From contig JALGVJ010000010.1 of the NCBI GenBank assembly GCA_029838195.1, forward strand, positions 49,772 through 113,771: a stretch of DNA of 64,000 nucleotides. Direction: 5' to 3'. The position numbers and the translations under genes were made by a program. Each line of letters begins with the position of its first letter. Positions within the stretch are counted from its first letter, which is position 1. Below the pieces are notes generated by a model that was not told where the DNA came from, did not search any database, and saw only the letters and a list, made by a program, of their open reading frames with translations. Of this stretch, positions 52,881 through 64,000 are shown one piece after another. This DNA is from Promethearchaeota archaeon (GTDB lineage Archaea > Asgardarchaeota > Lokiarchaeia > Sigyniarchaeales > SOKP01).

Positions 52881-54275
52881 ATGAATCAGTATGACTTAAT
52901 AATTGTGGGAGCGGGTCCCGCAGGCTCGATGGCCGCTAAAACGGCGGCAGAATTGGGTTTAAAAACCATCTTTTTCGAGCGGGGGAGAAAGCCGGGTGAA
53001 AAAAATAGCTCAGGGTGTGGTCTTGGTCCGAGATTATGGCGCGAGTTTGATATCATGAAAGAATTAACTCCGGAAAAATGTCCTTCCATGAGAGCGGGGA
53101 CAGCCGCTAGAAATTATTTTATCAATAAAGAAGGAGAAGTGGCAGGCTATATAATGACAAGGCCAACGGAAAGCGTATCTTACAAGCCCGCTAGAGATTG
53201 GATCACCATGAATGTATATCGAAGCGAGTTTGACCCGTGGTTAGCTCAACATGCCGTGGATGCTGGAGCCGAATTGAAAAGCTCTACCCTCATCGTGGAC
53301 CTCTTGAAAGAAAATGGGCATGTAAAAGGTGTCGTTGATGAAAAAGGAAATAAACATGAAGCTCCCGTGGTTATTGGTGCTGATGGGGTCATATCTATGG
53401 TAGCAAAACAAAGTGGGCTGCGGACTAAATGGGAGCTGGACCAAATTACCGTGGTGCCCCAGTACGATTTTTACGCCCCACCTGATAAAATCGATGATAT
53501 CATGGGGGATGAGACCCTTGCAGTATGGTGGTCCGCTCAATTTCCCGCCTCTTATCAAGTTTTTTTTCACGATGGGTTTCATCAAGGCTTGGGGAATTGG
53601 TTAAATAAATGGGATAAAAACCCATTGTTTTACTTGAATCGTGTAATCAATCTTAAATATTACAAGCGATTGTTAAAAATACTTGAAGCTAAACCGCGAG
53701 AACTTCAATCCCATTGTCTCCCTTGGTTAAAATATCCCTATAATACGCATGGTAATGGGGTCATTTTAGTGGGTGATGCGGGAGGATTTCCTTGTCCGCT
53801 TGAAGCAGAAGGCATTTATCCCGCAATGTTAACGGGGAGTATAGCTTCGAAAGTTGCCGCAGATGCCATTTCCTCCGGAGATGTCTCTAAGAAGGCTCTC
53901 TCTAAATTTGATGACGCGTGGAAAAAAACAAGCATTGGGGAAGATTTTGAGGCAGGAGAAGAACTATACGAGATTTGGAAAGCACTACCTTTTTCTCCAG
54001 AAGAAACGATGACGTGGTTCGTACCCCTATTCATGGAAATAATGGGAGGAATTTACGACTGGTCCGAGCCTCATCCCAAAAGAGTGCGACAGATTGCTTC
54101 TAAAATTAAATCTTACATGCCCGTAGCATTACCTTTCATCATGAAATACGTATTTCCCTTAGTTGCAAAGATTTTTGAAAATGATCTCGACAAGATGATG
54201 GATGGAGCGAAATTAGCGCCCATGCTTCCAAGGTTAATAGAAATGATTCCTAAAAAACGGAAAAGGAGGAAGTAA
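52881..54275 (+). CDS. FixC/geranylgeranyl-reductase family flavoprotein
   Basis: IVGAGPAG, ERGRKPGEKN, RSEFDPWL, GADG, LVGDAGG..PLEAEGI. Confidence 0.85.
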   Translation: MNQYDLIIVGAGPAGSMAAKTAAELGLKTIFFERGRKPGEKNSSGCGLGPRLWREFDIMKELTPEKCPSMRAGTAARNYFINKEGEVAGYIMTRPTESVSYKPARDWITMNVYRSEFDPWLAQHAVDAGAELKSSTLIVDLLKENGHVKGVVDEKGNKHEAPVVIGADGVISMVAKQSGLRTKWELDQITVVPQYDFYAPPDKIDDIMGDETLAVWWSAQFPASYQVFFHDGFHQGLGNWLNKWDKNPLFYLNRVINLKYYKRLLKILEAKPRELQSHCLPWLKYPYNTHGNGVILVGDAGGFPCPLEAEGIYPAMLTGSIASKVAADAISSGDVSKKALSKFDDAWKKTSIGEDFEAGEELYEIWKALPFSPEETMTWFVPLFMEIMGGIYDWSEPHPKRVRQIASKIKSYMPVALPFIMKYVFPLVAKIFENDLDKMMDGAKLAPMLPRLIEMIPKKRKRRK

Positions 54276-54276
54276 G

Positions 54277-54552
54277 ATGGATGTTAAATATAATTTAGAA
54301 AATCTAACCAAGCACGTTCAGGGAACCGGAGAATTTATTAGATTAGATAAAGATAAATGTAATGGATGTGGGGCGTGCACCCTCGTGTGCGTTTTAAATT
54401 TGTGGGGAATCAAAAATGATATGGCTTTTATTAGAGAAGAATATAAAGAGAAATGTCTGGAATGCGGTAGTTGCTATCTAGTATGTGCCCCAGGAGCAAT
54501 AGAATTCATGTATCCTGCGGGAGGAACGGGGATCGTTTATGAAAGAGGTTAA
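54277..54552 (+). CDS. FixX-like ferredoxin
   Basis: CNGCGAC, CLECGSCYLVC, and the FixX-type tail YPAGGTGIVY. Confidence 0.85.
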   Translation: MDVKYNLENLTKHVQGTGEFIRLDKDKCNGCGACTLVCVLNLWGIKNDMAFIREEYKEKCLECGSCYLVCAPGAIEFMYPAGGTGIVYERG

Positions 54553-54634
54553 ATTTTAATAAAAAATCGCCAAAGGCTAAAAGAAATTCTATGCCGTTTT
54601 AAGCGTGCCATCTTTTTAATTTAATTCACTTATT

Positions 54635-55495
54635 TTAGGGAAATCCATCACTACACGATACATTAACTTGGCACAAGCCACAAGCATAGATATTAATATT
54701 ATAGTGTTCTTTTATGTAGGGTATGGTACCCGTAACTTTAATAGAGCATTTTTGCTTATCATATCCGTTCTCAAACGTTATCGCCCCTACGGGACATCTC
54801 TTCACGCAATCCCCACATCGGTTACAATATTGATACGGAGAAGCAGGTCGTTTAGAAGAATCGGAGGGTAATTCATGAGCAATGATAAAACTCCCGCATC
54901 TCAAGGCTTTTCCCCTTTCATTAATGAATCCGTCCGATAATCCAAATGAGCCCAGTCCTGCCGCAAAACAAGCGTGTCTGTGGGACCACGTGGAAGCCCA
55001 AACGCCTTGATAAGCTTCCGCATGCATTCTGTGAACTTTAAATAATTTTGGTTCAGTTGATGGAGCAATTCCAAAAATGCCAAATTCGTTTTTTAATTCT
55101 TCCAATAAATATCGTTGTAGTTCCACGTTAGCCTTCTCTCCGAACAATCGGGTATGAGCCCATTTTTCTGAAGGCCATTCTCTCGAATACTCGAAATTTT
55201 GTCTTTTAGTCTCTCGATGGATGGGTAAAATATAGGCAATTACGGTCAAGTGTTTGGTATTCTTGCATTTCATTTCCTTTATCTTACAATATCGTTCAAT
55301 AGCTTCGATGGGAGTTAAATGAAAAGGCCCCACGTATTTTTTATATTCCAAGAAAATGGGATCCGTTCCCGCACAAAAACCAACAAGAGCATTTGGCTCG
55401 AAAAAAAGCTGTCCATCCACGCCTTCCATTCGGTTGTGGGGATCGTTTTTCAAATAATAATTAATCTTCTCTTCAAACTATTTTTTATTCAACAT
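54635..55495 (-). CDS. QueG/reductive-dehalogenase-like Fe-S (cobalamin) protein, with an in-frame TAG near the likely start
   Basis: WSHRHACFAAGLGSFGL, CxxCGDCVKRCP, CGLCQ. ATG 55495 has an SD-like sequence and reads MLNKK*FEEKINYYLKND (TAG at 55478-55480). Confidence 0.75.
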
Positions 55496-55777
55496 GGTGT
55501 CATTCCTTCTTATTTTCCTCATATCGTGAAATTAAGATATAAATGATCTTTTTCTTATACATCTTTCCCTTAGAAGTTCGAAAACTTGATAATAACACTG
55601 AAAATATAATGATATAAGAATCTCTTCTTTATAAAATTGACAAGATTCATATAAATCCTTCAATATCTTGCATTATCTTGCTTAGAAATCCAAGATTTTA
55701 ATGATAATTCAATAAAAAAAAAGAAAGTAAGTCCAAATTAAATTAAAGTAGATTTATTTTTCCAACTTTATTATCAT

Positions 55778-56194
55778 TTATTCTTCAAACTCATCTTGTA
55801 TCATGCTCAAGATTTCACCAAAAGCTATAGCATCTTGGAGGTTTCCTTCAATTAAAAGATCTCCGGACATGTATAGGCTTGTAGCATCCGCTTCTCCGCC
55901 GAACATGTTCGCCCAGTTTTCTTGAGTCGTAGAAAGGGTAACACTCGGCTCGCTCGCTTCACCTTCACCATACTCAAACTTTCCTTCTCCTAATTTCACC
56001 CACCATTTATAATCGACATCATTCATGATGAATTGAACGGTCATTTCATCCATGTCTTCGAGCTCTTCTTTCATATCTTCCGATTCTTGGGATAATTGTT
56101 TAGCAAGCTCGAATAGCTTTAGCACATCCGAAGGTCCACTAGGCCCTTCTTCTCTCATTTTTTTCAAATCATTTAATAAATTTTCGTCAACCAT
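55778..56194 (-). CDS. SCP2 sterol-binding domain protein
   Basis: PSVTLS...DATSLYMSGDLLIEGNL. Confidence 0.88.
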   Translation of the reverse strand: MVDENLLNDLKKMREEGPSGPSDVLKLFELAKQLSQESEDMKEELEDMDEMTVQFIMNDVDYKWWVKLGEGKFEYGEGEASEPSVTLSTTQENWANMFGGEADATSLYMSGDLLIEGNLQDAIAFGEILSMIQDEFEE

Positions 56195-56399
56195 TCGAAT
56201 TATTCACTTTTTCACGTTATTCATGTTATGAGAAGTTACAATTGGATAATATGTAACATTCTATATAAATATGAAATATTTTTATTCTCAAGGGCAAAGA
56301 TGATTCAAAAGCATGACAAGAATTTTTAATCTTTAATTTTTTTAATAGAAAAATATAATTTTTAATTTGAGGAATAATAATCATTCATTAAATTAATTA

Positions 56400-57491
56400 T
56401 TGAGGTGGTTTAAAATCATTAAAAATGAGGAACATGAAGCCAACTTGAAACAATTGGCAAAAGACTATCTTTATTCCGCACAATCGTATCCCCATGATGA
56501 GAATGGAGAGCCCAAACGAGAATATCTGGAATATCTCAGTCTCATGTATGATGAGGAAATCGCTAAACTCATGCTCGAATTTCCCATCATGCCAAAAACC
56601 ATTTCTATAAAGAAGGTAGCCAAAAAATTAAACATGGATAAACAAGATTTAGAAGATAAATTAAAGGAACACGTGAGACGGGGTTTTATAGTAAAGATAG
56701 GGAATCATTACGCCAGGCCATCTCCCCTTCAAATCCACGATCTCCCCTTCATATTACAAGCAAACCTTGATAGAGAAGATATTGTTGAATTTGCAAGATT
56801 AAGCAGGCAATATTTTGAAGATGGATATTATAAAACCTGGGAAACCAGTAGAAAAGGCATTCCAAGAACAAGAGTTCTCACCGTGTCTGAAAAAGTAGAG
56901 TCTCAAAGACAAATTATACCTGTGGAAGAAGTTTATGCCATTATTGACTCTCATGAGGATTTTGTAGTCATCCCTTGTCCATGCCGCCAAAGAAAAGAAA
57001 TAGAAGGAATTAGAGCGTGTAAAGATAAATATCCCATTCATAACTGCATTCTATTCGGAGCCTTCGCAAAACAATTAATTGAATTAGGAGATCCTGCTGT
57101 TAAGGCAGCTACAAAGGAAGAAATAAAAAAAATCACGCAAGAAGCGGCTGAATTAGGACTCGTTCACATGACGGATAACAATGCTGCCAATACTCATATT
57201 TTATGCGCCTGTTGTGAGTGTTGTTGTGGTAATTTGGCAGGCCTATTGCGCTTTAAAGATAATCCAAGAGCCATTGCTCGAGCCAATTTTATTTCAAATA
57301 TTGATGTGGATAAATGTATTGCCTGTGGAACGTGCGAAAAGCGATGTAAGTTTGGAGCCATTACCATCGAGGAATATGCTATTGTAAATCCCGAAAAATG
57401 CGTTGGATGTGGACTCTGCGCCGTGACATGCCCAGAAGAAGCGATTACAATGCGCCGTCTCGAACGAGAGCTAATACCGGGGATGAATTAA
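56400..57491 (+). CDS. 4Fe-4S binding protein with N-terminal HTH-like region
   Basis: PCPCR, GLVH...ICACCECCC, CIACGTCEKRC, CVGCGLCAVTCP. Confidence 0.88.
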   Translation: MRWFKIIKNEEHEANLKQLAKDYLYSAQSYPHDENGEPKREYLEYLSLMYDEEIAKLMLEFPIMPKTISIKKVAKKLNMDKQDLEDKLKEHVRRGFIVKIGNHYARPSPLQIHDLPFILQANLDREDIVEFARLSRQYFEDGYYKTWETSRKGIPRTRVLTVSEKVESQRQIIPVEEVYAIIDSHEDFVVIPCPCRQRKEIEGIRACKDKYPIHNCILFGAFAKQLIELGDPAVKAATKEEIKKITQEAAELGLVHMTDNNAANTHILCACCECCCGNLAGLLRFKDNPRAIARANFISNIDVDKCIACGTCEKRCKFGAITIEEYAIVNPEKCVGCGLCAVTCPEEAITMRRLERELIPGMN

Positions 57492-57576
57492 TTATTTCTT
57501 AATTTTTTTTTATTTGGCCGAATTATTAAAAGCATTAAATCTTAAAATACTAAAAATTAAAAAAACTCAGGCCTGA

Positions 57577-58488
<912 letters not shown>

Positions 58489-58581
58489 AAGAAAATGTGA
58501 GATTAAAAATGTAAAAGCATGAAACATGTAAAAAAAAAGGCTAATTTTTTTATTGATTTCATGAAATCATTAAATTAAAAT

Positions 58582-59406
58582 TCACGATAACCCTTTTACC
58601 TTTTTGGGAGGACGAGGTGGAACTCGATAAAATTTAACGTCGGGATATCCCAATGTGAAACCTCCGAAAACGCTTCCCCGTAATTTTATCATCTTTTTTA
58701 ATTTTGGATTTCTTTGAAATGCCAGCGTGATATAGCCAATCCAACACGTGCCTAGTCCTAAGGCCTGCGCCGCTAATCGCCCGTACGTGGCGATGATACC
58801 GATGTTAAACCCTTCCATTATCATGTTAAAATTCGATGTGATGATGATGATATGAGGGGCATTATAAAATACGGGGTCTCGATTTGTTTTACCATATCGT
58901 TCTTTTCTTTCTAGCCAATGCTCTTTTTCGGCGGGATCGCTAATGAAATCTTCATATATAGCACTTGCTAAGGCTTGAATTTGTTCTGTATCTGAAAGAA
59001 CGTAGAAATTCTCGGAGCGCATGTTGGCTGCGGTGGGAGCTTGTTCCATGGCGCGAATTACTTTTCTCAGCAACTCTTCCGGAACTTTCTCTTGCTTATA
59101 AAAACGGACGGAGCGATTTGCTGCTAAAAATTTAAAGAGGGTTTCATGGTCGATTAACTCGGGAAGTTTTTGGATCTCATCGAAAGTAAAACTTTCCCCC
59201 ATTGTTTCGTAGATAATAGCATCCTCAGGACATTGAGCAATGCACTGGCCGCATTGAATGCATTGCTTGTTTGGGTCCTCAAAAATTACTTTATTTTTTT
59301 CAGAATCAAATTTAAAATATGCCTCTGGCTCAGTACAAGCTTTTAAACAAATCTTACACGTGATACACTTGTCATAATCAATTCCTACGATGGGCATAAA
59401 GATCAC
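58582..59406 (-). CDS. Nitroreductase family protein with N-terminal ferredoxin domain
   Basis: CITCKICLKAC, CIQCGQCIAQCP, RSVRFY, APTAAN, LGLGTCWIG. Confidence 0.92.
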   Translation of the reverse strand: MIFMPIVGIDYDKCITCKICLKACTEPEAYFKFDSEKNKVIFEDPNKQCIQCGQCIAQCPEDAIIYETMGESFTFDEIQKLPELIDHETLFKFLAANRSVRFYKQEKVPEELLRKVIRAMEQAPTAANMRSENFYVLSDTEQIQALASAIYEDFISDPAEKEHWLERKERYGKTNRDPVFYNAPHIIIITSNFNMIMEGFNIGIIATYGRLAAQALGLGTCWIGYITLAFQRNPKLKKMIKLRGSVFGGFTLGYPDVKFYRVPPRPPKKVKGLS

Positions 59407-59854
59407 CTTCCTATTAATTTTTACTGAATTATATTTACAATTACAAGCAAGAACATAAAAAGATTATCATGTAAAAGGAAGCTAAAATTGGTAAAAATTA
59501 ATACCACGTGTTACTAACGTTTTTCAAGCCAGTTAATAAAATTAAGATATTATTTTCCTTAAAATATTTTTCATGAAGGAAGTTTCTTATTTCTCCCTAC
59601 TTTAAAAACTTTAGAGTTTTTCTAAAGATTGGGATGGTAAAACTCGGAAGATCCATTGCAGTTGAAAAATTGGTGCTACATGTTGAACGCCGCTAATCTC
59701 GGGTATCCTGATATTGCTTTCCAAAATGTATTTGACCTCACCCGTTTTAATTCTTTCATTCATTATCCCTTAAAGTATTGCGACCAAGGTTTCTATAAGG
59801 AAAAAAAACCATGATTTATTACCTTGAATTATCATTATCATTAAAACCTTAAAG

Positions 59855-60754
59855 GTGAAAAAAATGGGAAAGTTTGAAAAAATGAAAAAGGCTTATCAAG
59901 CTTCTTCCAAAATCATGGAAAAGCGCATGCAAAAAGAAAGACCTTTAGATTTGGAAATCTTAAAAAAAGTTAAAGAATCTTCAATCATAGTTGTAGCTGG
60001 CGAGTATGATAGAATAGAAATGGTATTGGATTTGGTGAAAATCCCTTATATTTTAATTAACCCAAGAGATGTAGAACGTATCACCTTGAATCCCGATCAA
60101 ATTCTCATCATTAATTGCCCGGGAAACATTTCCGATAAAGGTCTTGCCAAGATCAAGGAATTCGTCAAGCATGGAGGGTTTTTATTCACCACGGACTGGG
60201 CCCTCCTACATGTATTAGAGAAACTTTTTCCGGAATACGTGGAATATAACCATAATCCTACAAGAGATGACTGCGTGAAAGTGGAAATATTAGATAAAAA
60301 CAATAAATTTTTAGAAGGATTATTCGAGCAAGATGCGGACCCTATTTGGTGGTTGGAAACTAGTTCTTATCCCATTGTCATAAAAGATAAAGAGAGAGTA
60401 AAAGTGTTAGTAACTAGTCGAGAAATGAAAGAAAAATACGGCGAAGCTCCCATCATCATTCTTTTTCATTATGGTTACGGTGGAATGGTTCTACACATGA
60501 CCAGCCATTATTACTTGCAAAGAACAGAATTACGCTCTCGCCGACATCAAGCCAGCGCTAAGGATTATGTCAAGACAGAAATGAAATTTTCATCCAAGGA
60601 TGTCGAAGAGATGAAAGAAGATTTAAAAGATTTAACCCTTGGAGAAGCAGAAGCTGCCTATTCTTCAATGCAGTTTATTAGCAACGTGATTATTGAGCAA
60701 CAAAAAAAAATTAAAAAACGTAAGGAAAAAGAATCCGAAAATAAGGAGCCATGA
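59855..60754 (+). CDS. Conserved hypothetical protein (class I glutamine-amidotransferase-like fold)
   Basis: VVAGEYDRIE.VL, LIINCPG, FVKHGGFLFTTDWAL, WWLETSSYPI. Confidence 0.65.
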   Translation: MKKMGKFEKMKKAYQASSKIMEKRMQKERPLDLEILKKVKESSIIVVAGEYDRIEMVLDLVKIPYILINPRDVERITLNPDQILIINCPGNISDKGLAKIKEFVKHGGFLFTTDWALLHVLEKLFPEYVEYNHNPTRDDCVKVEILDKNNKFLEGLFEQDADPIWWLETSSYPIVIKDKERVKVLVTSREMKEKYGEAPIIILFHYGYGGMVLHMTSHYYLQRTELRSRRHQASAKDYVKTEMKFSSKDVEEMKEDLKDLTLGEAEAAYSSMQFISNVIIEQQKKIKKRKEKESENKEP

Positions 60755-60989
60755 ATTCAGCCTCCTTTAACTTTATGTAAAGGAACACCATGCAATTTAT
60801 TATCACCATCCCTTCATTTCATCGTACTTGTTCTCCAAATTTTAATGAAATCAGCCTCATCTCGATTTATTTCCATGTTGGTATTCATTTTCAAATCCTT
60901 TTTATTTAAACATTAATTAGGAATAACAACAACATGCAACTCGATATAATTGCATTTAAAACATAATTAAAAACTAAAAAAGATAAAAG

Positions 60990-63116
60990 ATGAGCTATCA
61001 GATATTTTTAACTATAGGTTTAATCGCAGGGATAATTTCCATTGTTATGGCGTTATATCTCCGATCGATCGTCCTTAAACAAGACCCCGGCAATGAACGT
61101 ATGATTGAAGTAGCGGGATACATCGAATCCGGCGCTAAAACCTATCTAAAAGTTCAATACAAAATCCTCGGCGCATTCGTCATCGTCCTGGCAATAGCCT
61201 TATTATTTCTGCCGTCTCCCTTAGAAAACAGTGACACTTACACGAGACTTACGCCCGGCGCACTAAATTGGGAACAAGCTACAGCTTACGTGATCGGTGC
61301 TGTCGGTTCCATGTTCGCAGGTTGGCTTGGCATGTACGTCGGTGTTAAAGCTAACACGCGCGCCGCCCAAGGATGTTCTGTCAGCACTAAAAAGGGATTC
61401 GATATCGCCTTTTTCGGAGGGTCCGTTATGGGACTTACTGTTGTAGGCGTGGCTCTCATTGGTATATCAATTCTCTACTGGATCGTCCCTGATCCTAATA
61501 TCGTGCTCGGATTTAGCTTCGGTGCGAGTTCCGTCGCCCTATTCATGAAGTGTGGAGGCGGGATCTACACCAAAACAGCTGATGTGGGAGCAGACCTCGT
61601 TGGTAAGGCAGAATATGATTTGCCAGAAGATGATCCCCGCAATCCAGCGACCATAGCTGACAATGTTGGGGATAATGTGGGCGACATTGCCGGAATGGGT
61701 AGTGATCTTTTCGACAGCTACGTTGCTTCTATCATTGCGGCTATGATGCTTGCGGCGTCCATTGCCTTTACTCGGGCCAACGTGACAATGGAATTGAGAT
61801 ATTATTTCGTGATTTATCCGGTGTTATTATGCGGAATTGGATTACTTGCTTCTTTGATTGGAATTTTCTTAATCAAGTGGAAAGGTTCGGAAGATCCCGG
61901 AAAATCTTTAAACGCGGGGACGTATATAGCGACACTTATATTTGCCGGGCTTTCTGCCTTGTTCACGTTCTTCTTAACTCTTGCTGTTCAAGAAACTACA
62001 GTGGTGGCTGAAATTTGGAGATTATATGGCGCCTCGATTATAGGTCTTTTTTCAGGAATAATTATTGGGTTTACGAGTGATTACTTTACTCGAGATGATA
62101 AGGCTCCCACGAGAAATATGGCATATGCGGCTCAAGAAGGACATGCAGTGGTGATTTTAAGCGGGTTTTCTTATGGCTTGTTGAGCGTGGTCCCTCCGGC
62201 GATTGGAATAGTAATAGCCATGACAATAGCGTATCTTCTGGGTGGCATCTTCGGGGTGGCGATGAGCGCAGTTGGCATGCTCTCAATCGTAGGTACTATT
62301 GTTTCAAATGATGCATATGGGCCGATCGTGGATAATGCTCGAGGCATAGCAGAACAAGGCGAATTGGGTGAAGATGTTATCAGTCAAGCGGACAGATTAG
62401 ATTCCGCCGGTAATACGGCAAAAGCTATAACGAAGGGTTTCGCGATTGGTGCGGCAAACTTGACGGTATTAGCATTACTCTTTTCCTTTAAAACAGAGGC
62501 TAACTTGCTTTCGGCCGGGACTATTGAAATAATCGATCTTCTTACTATAAACGTTTTAATCGGAGCGTTTATTGGCGTGGTCGTTCCGGCTTTTTTCTCC
62601 GCATTACTAATTTTAGCGGTGCAGAGGAACGCTGCCAAGATGGTAGATGAGATCAGGAGGCAATTTGAGGAAAATCCCAAGATCTTAACGGGAGAAGAGG
62701 CAGCAGATTTTAATAGGTGCATTGCCATCGCTACTAAAGGCTCACTAAAGGAATTGCTAATTCCGAGCATCATTTCCATCGTAATTCCCCTTGCTGTCGG
62801 AATAATATTTGGAGTTTCGGCATTAGGAGCATTCTTAGCTGGGGCTATCTTAAGCGGATTCGTGTTTGCCGTGTTTATGGCAAATGCTGGAGGCGCATGG
62901 GATAATGCTAAAAAGTGGATCGAGGATGGACACTTAGGAGGTAAGGGAACGGAAACTCATAAGGCTTCTATTACAGGGGATACAGTCGGTGACCCATTTA
63001 AAGATACGGCTGGCCCCTCTATTAACACGCTTTTAGTGGTAATGTCCCTGACGGCTTCCATATTCCTTGGATTATTGATGGTGTTTAATAGCGGTGCCGG
63101 ATTACTCGTGTTTTAA
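60990..63116 (+). CDS. hppA: Membrane-bound proton-translocating pyrophosphatase, K+-independent type
   Basis: GGGIYTKTADVGADLVGK.E, EDDPRNPATIADNVGDNVGD, GNTAKA (Lys at the K+-dependence site), GDTVGDPFKD. Confidence 0.95.
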   Translation: MSYQIFLTIGLIAGIISIVMALYLRSIVLKQDPGNERMIEVAGYIESGAKTYLKVQYKILGAFVIVLAIALLFLPSPLENSDTYTRLTPGALNWEQATAYVIGAVGSMFAGWLGMYVGVKANTRAAQGCSVSTKKGFDIAFFGGSVMGLTVVGVALIGISILYWIVPDPNIVLGFSFGASSVALFMKCGGGIYTKTADVGADLVGKAEYDLPEDDPRNPATIADNVGDNVGDIAGMGSDLFDSYVASIIAAMMLAASIAFTRANVTMELRYYFVIYPVLLCGIGLLASLIGIFLIKWKGSEDPGKSLNAGTYIATLIFAGLSALFTFFLTLAVQETTVVAEIWRLYGASIIGLFSGIIIGFTSDYFTRDDKAPTRNMAYAAQEGHAVVILSGFSYGLLSVVPPAIGIVIAMTIAYLLGGIFGVAMSAVGMLSIVGTIVSNDAYGPIVDNARGIAEQGELGEDVISQADRLDSAGNTAKAITKGFAIGAANLTVLALLFSFKTEANLLSAGTIEIIDLLTINVLIGAFIGVVVPAFFSALLILAVQRNAAKMVDEIRRQFEENPKILTGEEAADFNRCIAIATKGSLKELLIPSIISIVIPLAVGIIFGVSALGAFLAGAILSGFVFAVFMANAGGAWDNAKKWIEDGHLGGKGTETHKASITGDTVGDPFKDTAGPSINTLLVVMSLTASIFLGLLMVFNSGAGLLVF

Positions 63117-63305
63117 GAATTCTATTTAATTTTTTTTTTAATTTATTTTTTCTCTTTAATAAGTTTTTTTAGCCCATGAAGTTCATTGATTCAATACAAT
63201 GAATAAAACGTGGAACCAAGCATTAATAAACGGGGATCAAAAGAAGAAGTAGTAGGGTTCGCGAAGAATGGATGTTCATGGATGTAATAATGATGGGTAA
63301 AATCT

Positions 63306-63917
63306 TTATTTCATGCTAATGGTCCCTCCAAAAAAATCCGAGATGCCATATTTTCTTTTTTCTACTTTTTCAAATCCAAAGGTTTCGATAAATTTTTGTG
63401 AAGTGTTATTCCCTTCATAGACTTCACATAAGATCTCTTGGACATTTTTAGTTTTGAGGTAATTCCAAGCTGCCAGTCCTAAGGCCGTTCCCAAGCCTTC
63501 TCGCTGATATTTGGGAATAATGCCTAATCCTGCAATGAGAGCAATCTCATCGTTCCTGCCGGCAAAATCGATTAAAATGAACCCGGCTATTTCGTGGTCT
63601 ACACGTGCAATGAGAAATACCGTTTTATCATCCTTGAAGATTTTTTCAAATTTTTCCAATTCTAAAGGACGGAAAGGAGCGCACGTGGAAGGCCAGCTTT
63701 CATTATAGATTTTTTTTATAGTATCTAAATCCTCTTCTTCAGCTGTTTGAATCTCTAAAGCTCTTTCGATTTTCGAAACGCGTTGTTCTAAATATTTTTC
63801 AAATTCGGGGGTGATTTTTTCAATGGGCAATCGCATTCGAATATATTCCAATCCCCCTTCACAGGCATTTTCATGAAATTTTTTCTTTTTTTTTATGAGG
63901 TAGCAAATTAATCTCAC
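63306..63917 (-). CDS. GNAT family N-acetyltransferase
   Basis: LGIIPKYQREGLGTAL acetyl-CoA motif, NNTSQKFIETFGF. Confidence 0.88.
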   Translation of the reverse strand: MRLICYLIKKKKKFHENACEGGLEYIRMRLPIEKITPEFEKYLEQRVSKIERALEIQTAEEEDLDTIKKIYNESWPSTCAPFRPLELEKFEKIFKDDKTVFLIARVDHEIAGFILIDFAGRNDEIALIAGLGIIPKYQREGLGTALGLAAWNYLKTKNVQEILCEVYEGNNTSQKFIETFGFEKVEKRKYGISDFFGGTISMK

Positions 63918-64000
63918 CTCCGACTAAATTGCGGCCTCGCTTTTTTTTATTTTTTGTCGAACATGCTTATTCACATCCACGTCAAATTCCCTGTATTGCT

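Noticed and set aside
60990-63116. Higher GC in hppA as a sign of horizontal transfer
   Set aside because: Explained by the Gly/Ala-rich membrane protein composition. No mobility signatures.

Overview
AT-rich archaeal chromosomal DNA. It carries an archaeal Cdc6/Orc1, XerA, an FrhB-type F420 protein, and several SCP2, HTH-4Fe-4S and MFS genes. This gene content suggests an Asgard (Lokiarchaeia-like) genome, which is an inference and not a database result. About 55 intact CDSs are present, mostly metabolic. Recognisable groups: a D-amino-acid/tRNA-editing trio (Asp racemase, Ser racemase-like, AlaX); purA; 4-hydroxybutyryl-CoA dehydratase; ilvD; cdc6-xerA-trxB; a GT-C glycosyltransferase cluster; a lipid/prenyl redox cluster (CrtC-like hydratase, SCP2, two VAO-type flavoproteins, HdrD-like, FixCX); and a K+-independent H+-PPase. 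I found no rRNA, tRNA, CRISPR array or transposase. At least seven genes are decayed or damaged, and the ORF track misses or splits most of them. The most striking unexplained element is an ~190-nt highly structured, apparently bistable non-coding region at about 40104-40296. It has its own TATA-like box and U-tract and lies directly upstream of an FrhB-TrmB(HTH) fusion gene, making a candidate RNA-controlled F420/redox-sensing regulator. An IFT52/GIFT-domain-like protein is also notable.
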